A program made the position numbers and the translations under genes. The notes under the pieces were generated by a model. The model did no database searches. It was not told the origin of the DNA and saw only the letters and a list, made by a program, of their open reading frames with translations. A DNA stretch of 43,808 nt from an uncultured Thermodesulfobacteriota bacterium (GTDB lineage: Bacteria; Desulfobacterota; B13-G15; RBG-16-54-18). The DNA lies in the NCBI GenBank assembly GCA_964459135.1, contig CAYWLI010000004.1, positions 2,436 through 46,243 of the forward strand, written 5' to 3'. Shown here in pieces: positions 28,212 to 34,740 of this stretch. Within the stretch, counting starts at the first letter, position 1. Each line of letters opens with the position of its first letter.

Positions 28212-29678
28212 ATGGAGTTCTTTCAGGTTCAGTTTTCAACGTCAGATCTGCTGATAATTGCCCCGGAGGTGGTGCTGACCGGCTTCGCCCTGTTGATCTT
28301 GCTCATCAGCGCCTTTGTTCGTGGGGAGCGGAGGGGTTTCCTCGGCTATACCGCCCTTGTGGGGGTGATCGGTGCCTTAGTCTCCCTCTATTGGGGTATC
28401 GGCAGGGAGGCGAGTGCCTTCAGCGGCATGGTGAACCTCGATCCTTTCTCCTTTTTCTTTAAGGTCATGATAGCGATCATCGCCCTGTTGACCATCTTGT
28501 CCTCCCTGGCATATGCCAAGCGGGAGGGGATAGATTTCGGCGAATACTACGTCTTGGTCTTATTCGCCACCGTGGGTATGATGTTGATGGTCTCAGGGGC
28601 CAATCTTCTCATTATTTTTCTGGGGCTCGAGGTAATGTCCATCTCCATCTATGTCTTGGCTGGCATCATGCGGGATGATGCGAAATCGGTTGAGGCGGCA
28701 TTTAAGTACTTTTTATTGGGTGCTTTCGCCTCGACCTTTCTCCTGTACGGCATCGCCCTGATCTATGCCTCCACCGGCACCCTCGATCTGGGTGGGATCG
28801 GTCGGGTCCTGGCAGAACGGACGTGGATCAGCGGCCTCCCTATTCTCATCACCGGGCTCGCCCTGCTCATCGTGGGGTTTGGATTCAAGATCGCCCTGGT
28901 CCCCTTTCATATGTGGACCCCTGACGTCTATGAGGGCGCCCCAACCTCCATCACCGCCTTTATGGCCACGGGGGTCAAGGCCGCAGGTTTCGCCGCCTTT
29001 GTACGGGTCTTCCTCTATGCCTTGCCATCACTGCAGCCCTACTGGACGGAGATCATGTGGATCTTGGCAGTGGCCACCATGACGGTGGGGAACATCATCG
29101 CACTCTCTCAAAGCAATATCAAGAGAATGCTCGCCTACTCCAGCATCGCCCATGCGGGCTATATCCTGGTCGCCTTTGTGGCCGGCAACGCACTGGGTCA
29201 ATCGAGCATCCTCTTTTATCTTCTGGCCTATGTCTTTATGAACATCGGGGCCTTTACCGTGGTGATCCTGCTGGGGAAGAAGGGGGAGGAGAATACCCTG
29301 ATCAGCGATTATGCGGGACTCGGGTTGCAGCACCCCCTCCTGGCGGTTGCTATGGCCATCTTCATGTTCTCCCTGGCAGGGGTGCCCCCGATGGCCGGTT
29401 TTATGGCTAAGTTCTATGTCTTCAGCGCAGCGGTGAAGGCCGGCTATTATTGGCTGGCAGTCATCGGTGTCTTGAACAGCGCTGTTGCCGCCTATTATTA
29501 CCTCAGGGTGCTGATATACATGTACTTCCGCGAACCGGAGAGGGAGCTGACTATTGGAGGCTTCTCACCCGCTGCTGTCCTGGCCATCATTATATCGGTA
29601 TGGGGGGTATTGCATATTGGTATCCTGCCCTCGGCATTTCTGGCCTTGGCCCAGCGGTCCATCCAGTTTTTGTTGTGA
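28212..29678 (+). CDS. nuoN: NADH-quinone oxidoreductase subunit N
   Basis: Antiporter-like subunit (VPFHMWTPDVYEGAPT). It is the last nuo gene. Confidence 0.92.
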   Translation: MEFFQVQFSTSDLLIIAPEVVLTGFALLILLISAFVRGERRGFLGYTALVGVIGALVSLYWGIGREASAFSGMVNLDPFSFFFKVMIAIIALLTILSSLAYAKREGIDFGEYYVLVLFATVGMMLMVSGANLLIIFLGLEVMSISIYVLAGIMRDDAKSVEAAFKYFLLGAFASTFLLYGIALIYASTGTLDLGGIGRVLAERTWISGLPILITGLALLIVGFGFKIALVPFHMWTPDVYEGAPTSITAFMATGVKAAGFAAFVRVFLYALPSLQPYWTEIMWILAVATMTVGNIIALSQSNIKRMLAYSSIAHAGYILVAFVAGNALGQSSILFYLLAYVFMNIGAFTVVILLGKKGEENTLISDYAGLGLQHPLLAVAMAIFMFSLAGVPPMAGFMAKFYVFSAAVKAGYYWLAVIGVLNSAVAAYYYLRVLIYMYFREPERELTIGGFSPAAVLAIIISVWGVLHIGILPSAFLALAQRSIQFLL

Positions 29679-29719
29679 GCGGGTATCCTGCAATTCTCTC
29701 TCTAACATAGATATAATGG

Positions 29720-29735
29720 AGGCAAAAGCGTTGCA
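29720..29735 (+). promoter_or_regulatory. Sigma54-type -24/-12 promoter candidate (AGGCAAA-N4-TTGCA); coordinates +/-1
   Basis: GG-N10-GC spacing is exact and the -12 element TTGCA is perfect. The -24 element is GGCA with weaker flanks. It lies about 60 nt upstream of the DRTGG gene. No enhancer-binding protein gene is in the window. Confidence 0.25.
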
Positions 29736-29786
29736 TAATTAATTTCCGCCTCATTGACAGGGTGGGAAAAGGTGGAGTAGTGTAGA

Positions 29787-29792
29787 TATAAT
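29787..29792 (+). promoter_or_regulatory. Consensus TATAAT box 5 nt upstream of ATG 29798 (leaderless-mRNA geometry); coordinates +/-1
   Basis: TAGATATAAT-ttgtt-ATG, with no Shine-Dalgarno sequence, although nearly every other gene in the window has GGAGG-type sites. The same 10-mer TAGATATAAT recurs about 75 nt upstream. No good -35 lies at 17 nt; TTGACA is 27 nt away. Confidence 0.3.
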
Positions 29793-29797
29793 TTGTT

Positions 29798-30154
29798 ATG
29801 CAACTTTGGGAAATTAAGGGCATATTAGAAGCTGAAGTGCTTTGGGAGCCTGTCGATCTCCAACTTGAGATCGAGACGGCGGAAGCCGCCGATCTGATGA
29901 GCGATGTCCTGACCCAAAGTATTGGCGGGGAGCTTTTAGTCACGGGTTTGATCAACTCCCATGTCATCCGGACAGCGGAGATGGTCGATATCAAGGCTAT
30001 CACCTTCATCCATGGCAAGAAGCCAGATGAGAAGACTATTGCACTGGCCAAGCAAAAGGGTATCCCTTTATTGACCACAAAACTCTTTCTGTTTGAGGCT
30101 TGCGCCAGGCTGGCCATGCGAGGACTGACCGGCAGTTCAGGGACCATCTGGTGA
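29798..30154 (+). CDS. DRTGG domain protein (copy 1)
   Basis: 118 aa. ADLMSDVL..GELLVTGL..HVIRTAEMVDIKAITFIHGKKPDEKTIALAKQKGIPLLTT matches my memory of the DRTGG domain. It is paralogous to 31954..32298. Confidence 0.7.
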   Translation: MQLWEIKGILEAEVLWEPVDLQLEIETAEAADLMSDVLTQSIGGELLVTGLINSHVIRTAEMVDIKAITFIHGKKPDEKTIALAKQKGIPLLTTKLFLFEACARLAMRGLTGSSGTIW

Positions 30155-30164
30155 GCACGCATCG

Positions 30165-30611
30165 ATGGCAGAGCGCGCACTCGAATGGGAGTATGAGATT
30201 GAGGGGAAGGACTTCAGGAATGCCGGGAAGGTCTCGAGCAAGGTCAAGGAGATCATGAAGGAGCTCGGCTTCGATCCGGATTTCGTGCGGGGGGTGGCCA
30301 TTGCCTCCTATGAGGCGGAGATGAATGTGGTCTGCCATGCGGAGAAAGGGACGCTGCAATTCGCCATCCTCCCCGAGGGGCTGAAGATTGTGGTAAAAGA
30401 TAGAGGCCCTGGCATACCCGATATCAATTTGGCCATGCAGGAGGGATACTCCACCGCATCTTTGGAGATCAGGGAAATGGGGTTTGGTGCGGGGATGGGG
30501 CTTCCTAATATGAAAAAGAACACCGATGAGTTGAACATCGTCTCCACGGTGGGGGAGGGGACGGTGGTGGAGATGCTCATCAGGTCCCCCCGCTTCAGAC
30601 AAGGATCATGA
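30165..30611 (+). CDS. RsbW/SpoIIAB-like GHKL ATPase (anti-sigma-factor-type Ser/Thr protein kinase)
   Basis: 148 aa. N-box-like EAEMNVVCHA, G1 DRGPGIPD and G2 GFGAGMGLPN are present. There is no His-phosphotransfer domain. Confidence 0.75.
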   Translation: MAERALEWEYEIEGKDFRNAGKVSSKVKEIMKELGFDPDFVRGVAIASYEAEMNVVCHAEKGTLQFAILPEGLKIVVKDRGPGIPDINLAMQEGYSTASLEIREMGFGAGMGLPNMKKNTDELNIVSTVGEGTVVEMLIRSPRFRQGS

Positions 30612-31957
30612 TGAAGCGATTGTATGGAATTATCTCCATCGATGAGGACAAATGCCAGGGGTGTGTCAACTGCATTATGTCCTGCCGCACCGAGGCCATC
30701 AGGATTTTTGAGGGAAAGGCCAGAATCATTACCAATCGATGCATCTATTGTGGCAAGTGCTTTCGCGATTGCCCTGAGCATGCCATAACCTCCCGGACCC
30801 ATGGCCTGGAAGACCTCAAGCAGTATAAGTATACCATCGTTATTCCCAGTTCCACCATCTATTCGCAGTTCCCCGGGGAGGATGCCCCCAACAGAATTCT
30901 CTGCGCGCTCAAGGCCCTCGGTTTTGACGATGTCTATGAGGAGGCGGTAGGGGCGGAGGAGGCAAGTATCGCCACCCAGGAGTACCTCAAGGAGTATCGA
31001 GGCCCGTATCCCCTCATCTCCTCCCTCTGCCCAGCTATCATCAGATTGATCCAGATCAGGTTCCCCAATTTTGTCGATCAGATCAACCCCATTGAACTCC
31101 CCGCTGAGATTGTGGCCAAAGGTATCAGGAAGCAAAAGGCCAAGGAACGGGGGGTGCAGGGAAAGGAGTTGGGGATCTTCTACTTGGTACCCTGCCCGGC
31201 CAAGATGGTGGCAGTGGCAAAGACGGAGACAAAGGAACGGTCATATATCGATGGAGTCATATCCATCTCCGACATATACGGAGAGTTGTTAACAGCCTTG
31301 AGGGAGGTGAGCGAAACGGAGGATCTACAGAAGGCCAGCGGTGCGGGGATCGGATGGGCGGTGAAGGGGGGGGAGATTAGGGAGCTGGAGCCACGACGGT
31401 GGCTGCGAGGTGACAAGGAGAGTATTGTGGTTGACGGGATCAAGAACGTCATCAATGTCCTTGACGAGATAGAGAACGGCAAGCTGCGCAACGTAGAGTT
31501 CGTCGAGGCCAGGGCCTGCCCCGAGGGGTGCGTTGGAGGGGCCTTGACAGTGGGTGACCGCTATGTGTCGAGGGGAAGGATTCGGAAGCTGATGCTCAGG
31601 AATAAGAAGGAATCGATTGTAAACCGGGAGGAGGTAGTAAAGCTTTTCAAGGAAGGATATTACTTCTTTAAGAAGGGGTTGAAGCCGAAACCCTTTGCCA
31701 GCCGCCTGGATCCCGATCCTCTCAAGGCCGTGGAAAAGATGAAGTTGCGGGATGAGATCCACGCCTCTCTCCCCGGTTTGGATTGTGGGGCCTGCGGTGT
31801 CCCCAACTGCCGTGCCTTGGCCGATGACGTCGTGCAGGGGAGGGCGGAGATAACCGACTGCATCTTCAAGTGGCGGGAAGGGGTCAAGGATCTAGCCCGA
31901 GAGGTCATGCAGTGGGCGGAGAAACGGCCTCATTCCCTGCCTAAGAGGGGGAAATGA
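30608..31957 (+). CDS. HydS-like [FeFe]-hydrogenase homolog of the putative sensory type (2x[4Fe-4S] N-domain, H-domain, C-terminal extra Fe-S domain)
   Basis: CQGCVNCIMSC and CIYCGKCFRDCP (ferredoxin-like). H-cluster motif counterparts are SSLCP (L1, canonical TSCCP), VPCPAKM (L2, canonical MPCxxK) and EARACPEGCVGG (L3, canonical ExMACxxGCxxGG). C-terminal LPGLDCGACGVPNCRALA...C. ATGA overlaps at both ends. Confidence 0.8.
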   Translation: MMKRLYGIISIDEDKCQGCVNCIMSCRTEAIRIFEGKARIITNRCIYCGKCFRDCPEHAITSRTHGLEDLKQYKYTIVIPSSTIYSQFPGEDAPNRILCALKALGFDDVYEEAVGAEEASIATQEYLKEYRGPYPLISSLCPAIIRLIQIRFPNFVDQINPIELPAEIVAKGIRKQKAKERGVQGKELGIFYLVPCPAKMVAVAKTETKERSYIDGVISISDIYGELLTALREVSETEDLQKASGAGIGWAVKGGEIRELEPRRWLRGDKESIVVDGIKNVINVLDEIENGKLRNVEFVEARACPEGCVGGALTVGDRYVSRGRIRKLMLRNKKESIVNREEVVKLFKEGYYFFKKGLKPKPFASRLDPDPLKAVEKMKLRDEIHASLPGLDCGACGVPNCRALADDVVQGRAEITDCIFKWREGVKDLAREVMQWAEKRPHSLPKRGK

Positions 31958-32298
31958 AACTTGTAAACGTTGTCGATGAACTTGCGCTCGCTGTCAAGAC
32001 AGCCCAAGGGGGGCTCGACAGGGAGGTACAAGGGGGATATGCGAGCGACCTGCTCAGCGATGTCATGGCCAACAGCCAGGAGGGGGATATCTGGGTGACC
32101 ATCCAGGGGCACCCGAACATCGTGGCGGTGGCTACCTTGCGGGACCTGGCAGGGGTCATCCTGGCCAACGGCAGACAGCCCGATGCGGAGACCCTCCAAC
32201 GGGCCGAGGAGGAGGGCATTCCCATTCTATGCACCCCCTTACCGACCTATGAGGTTGTGGGCAGGCTCTATAGCCTGGGCATTCATGGCCAAGGGTAA
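31954..32298 (+). CDS. DRTGG domain protein (copy 2)
   Basis: 114 aa. SDLLSDVM..GDIWVTIQGHPNIVAVATLRDLAGVILANGRQPDAETLQRAEEEGIPILCT aligns by eye with copy 1. Confidence 0.7.
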   Translation: MKLVNVVDELALAVKTAQGGLDREVQGGYASDLLSDVMANSQEGDIWVTIQGHPNIVAVATLRDLAGVILANGRQPDAETLQRAEEEGIPILCTPLPTYEVVGRLYSLGIHGQG

Positions 32299-33023
32299 TG
32301 GTGAGTGTCTATGCCTCAGATCTCCATGTCCACACCTGTCTTTCTCCGTGTGCGGACGAAGAGATGTCGCCGAGCAACATCGTGCACACGGCACGTGAGG
32401 CATCAGTGGACATCATCGCCGTTACCGATCACAATTCGGGCAAGAACGCCCGGGCGGTAAAGGAGGCGGCAGTTGAGCTTCCGCTCACCGTCATTGCAGG
32501 GATGGAGGTTCAGAGCAGAGAGGAGGTCCACCTCCTTTGTCTTTTTGGGAGCGTGGAGATCCTTGAAGAGTGGGATGCCTTTATCTATGAACACCTCCCC
32601 GATGTGCGCAACGACCCTGAGGTCTTCGGATATCAACCGATCGTTGATAAAGAGGGGTATGTTTTGCGCTTTGAGGAAAAATTATTGATCAACTCCCTCG
32701 ATCTCTCTCTGGAGGAGGTTATAAAGGGCGTTGCGGATAGAGATGGGATCTGTATTCCTGCCCATGTGGATCGGGAGGCCTTCAGTATTATCGGGCAACT
32801 GGGGTATATACCCCCGGATCTACCCGTAGCCGCCGTGGAGATCACAGGAGACCAGAGAGACATGGTGCCAGAAGGATATGAAGTGGTGACCGCCTCTGAC
32901 GCCCATTTCTTGCGTGCAATCGGGACCAAGAGAACTCTCTTTCTACTGGAGGCCCCTACGCTTGAGGAGATTCGCCGAGGTCTCAGGAGAGAGGGGGGAC
33001 GACGCATAACAGAGCTTTCATGA
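32298..33023 (+). CDS. PHP-family metal-dependent phosphoesterase
   Basis: 241 aa. DLHVHTCLSPCAD, IIAVTDHNS, GMEV and IPAHVD form the PHP His/Asp/Glu metal-ligand pattern. The start overlaps the upstream stop (TAATG). Confidence 0.78.
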   Translation: MVSVYASDLHVHTCLSPCADEEMSPSNIVHTAREASVDIIAVTDHNSGKNARAVKEAAVELPLTVIAGMEVQSREEVHLLCLFGSVEILEEWDAFIYEHLPDVRNDPEVFGYQPIVDKEGYVLRFEEKLLINSLDLSLEEVIKGVADRDGICIPAHVDREAFSIIGQLGYIPPDLPVAAVEITGDQRDMVPEGYEVVTASDAHFLRAIGTKRTLFLLEAPTLEEIRRGLRREGGRRITELS

Positions 33024-33029
33024 TTCCGT

Positions 33030-33578
33030 ATGCAAGACCTCTCGTTGCACATACTGGACATCGTGGAGAACGCCATTGCCTCCGAGGCTTCTCACGTGGC
33101 GATACGGATTACAGAGGACCCGGAGGCAAACCAGATGATCGTGGAGATTGAGGATGACGGGGAGGGGATTCCCCCCCATCTTTTAGAGAAGGTGGTTGAC
33201 CCCTTTTTTACCACCCGCACCACCCGCAAGGTCGGCCTTGGGTTGTCTCTGCTGAAACAAGCTGCCCAGGCGTGCGAAGGAGACCTCCAGGTCCAATCCC
33301 TCCAGGGGAAAGGGACCCTGGTGAGGGCGAGCTTCCGCTACAATCATATCGACCGCAAGCCCCTGGGGGACATGGCCAGTACGATAATAACACTCATTGT
33401 GGGAAACCCCCAGATGGACGTTCACTATGTCCACCGTAAAGGGGATAAGACCTTTTGTTTCGATACCGTTGATCTTAAACGGGAACTGGATGATGTCCCG
33501 ATAGATCATGCAAAGGTAGTCCAGTTTGTCAGGGAAGAGATCCTTAAGGGATTAGAGGAACTGGGGCACCTTTTTTAA
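33030..33578 (+). CDS. Stand-alone GHKL (histidine-kinase-like) ATPase domain protein
   Basis: 182 aa. N-box LHILDIVENAI, G1 EDDGEGIP and G2 RKVGLGLSLL are present. There is no DHp or receiver domain. Confidence 0.72.
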   Translation: MQDLSLHILDIVENAIASEASHVAIRITEDPEANQMIVEIEDDGEGIPPHLLEKVVDPFFTTRTTRKVGLGLSLLKQAAQACEGDLQVQSLQGKGTLVRASFRYNHIDRKPLGDMASTIITLIVGNPQMDVHYVHRKGDKTFCFDTVDLKRELDDVPIDHAKVVQFVREEILKGLEELGHLF

Positions 33579-33628
33579 GAGGGGTTGTGGTGAAAAGGAT
33601 TATGATGCCTTCGCCTCGTTGTTTTACC

Positions 33629-33657
33629 TTGACCTCGTCTTAAAAATGAGATAAATT
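33629..33657 (+). promoter_or_regulatory. Sigma70-type promoter candidate for the formate dehydrogenase operon (TTGACC-N17-TAAATT)
   Basis: Read directly from the sequence. It would give a leader of about 135 nt before ATG 33799. Confidence 0.4.
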
Positions 33658-33798
33658 TCACTTTCTTTGTAAGCAGTTATAGGCGAATAAAAAGGGGAGG
33701 AGAAGAGCGAGAGTTGTCTCTTGTTACGTTCTGAGTTATCCCTCACCATTTCTCCTCTCTGGTTGACAATTCGAATCATCATATGAAGGAGAAAGGCA

Positions 33799-34305
33799 AT
33801 GGCTGTTCGACAGGCACAGGTCTCGGATGAGCTGCTCGAAGAGTTTTCCCAGGAACAACTCCAGCAGGTAGATGCCATCATCGAGAAATATCGCGGAAAA
33901 CCCGGTTCTCTCATTCCCGTCTTGGAGGAGATCCAAGGGGTGTTGGGGTATCTCCCCAATGAGATCCAGCATCGTATTGCCGAGGGTCTCAACCTCCCCC
34001 AGAGCCAGGTCTTCGGCGTGGTGACCTTTTACTCATTTTTCACCATGGTCCCCCGCGGGAGGCACACCATCCGCGTCTGCATGGGAACCGCCTGTTACGT
34101 GCGGGGAGGGAAGAAGAATCTCGACCGCCTGGTGCAAGGTCTGGGCATCGATGCCGGTGACACCACACCGGATCGTCGGTTTTCCCTCGAGACCATCCGC
34201 TGTCTGGGGGCCTGCGGTCTCGCCCCGGTGATCGTGATAGATGAGGATACCTTTAAGCAGGTGAAGGTGCAAAAATTACATGCAATGCTGGAACGATATG
34301 ACTAG
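33799..34305 (+). CDS. NuoE/HndA/FdsG-like thioredoxin-fold [2Fe-2S] subunit
   Basis: 168 aa. SLIPVLEEIQ..GYLP, VCMGTACYVRG and CLGACGLAPV are typical of the NuoE family. AAGGAGAAAGG SD is present. Confidence 0.88.
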   Translation: MAVRQAQVSDELLEEFSQEQLQQVDAIIEKYRGKPGSLIPVLEEIQGVLGYLPNEIQHRIAEGLNLPQSQVFGVVTFYSFFTMVPRGRHTIRVCMGTACYVRGGKKNLDRLVQGLGIDAGDTTPDRRFSLETIRCLGACGLAPVIVIDEDTFKQVKVQKLHAMLERYD

Positions 34306-34335
34306 GCCGTCGCCTATTCATGCAAGGAGGGGGCA

Positions 34336-34710
34336 ATGCCGAAGATAAAGGTTGAGGATCTCAAGAGAATAAAGGAAGAAGTACAGAGGGCTACTTCTCT
34401 CAGAGAAGGGGGTAAGCGCGTGAAGGCAACCGTCCACATGGGGACCTGTGGGATCGCCTCAGGGGCCCGGAAGGTCCTCAATGCCCTGGTCAGCGCCATA
34501 GAGGAAGAGGGGGTCCAGGATATCATGGTGACCACCTCGGGTTGCATCGGGATCTGCAGCAAAGAGCCTCTGGTGACTGTGGAGGTATTGGGGGAAGAGC
34601 CCATTACCTACTCTGAGATGGACGAAAACAAGATGCGGCAGGTTTTTAAGAGGCACATCATCGATGGTGAGGTACAGAGGCAGTTCGCCCTGGCCAAAGG
34701 GCTGGAGTAG
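34336..34710 (+). CDS. Thioredoxin-like [2Fe-2S] ferredoxin (HndB-like)
   Basis: 124 aa. HMGTCGIASGA...SGCIGICSKEP Cys pattern. It lies between the NuoE-like and NuoF-like genes, as in hnd/hyd-type clusters. Confidence 0.75.
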   Translation: MPKIKVEDLKRIKEEVQRATSLREGGKRVKATVHMGTCGIASGARKVLNALVSAIEEEGVQDIMVTTSGCIGICSKEPLVTVEVLGEEPITYSEMDENKMRQVFKRHIIDGEVQRQFALAKGLE

Positions 34711-34740
34711 CTAGCATAGGAAAAGGGAGGAAGTAGTCGC

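Noticed and set aside
29700-29821. A one-base inconsistency between my hand indexing of the printed sequence and the ORF-track coordinates around 29700-29821
   Set aside because: This is most likely my own reading error. Track coordinates were trusted for the CDSs, and the intergenic motif positions in this stretch are given as +/-1. It is not treated as a biological frameshift.
33763-33768. A perfect TTGACA 30 nt upstream of the NuoE-like start, considered as a second promoter
   Set aside because: There is no acceptable -10 hexamer at 15-18 nt spacing. The transcript would also lack most of the RBS context.
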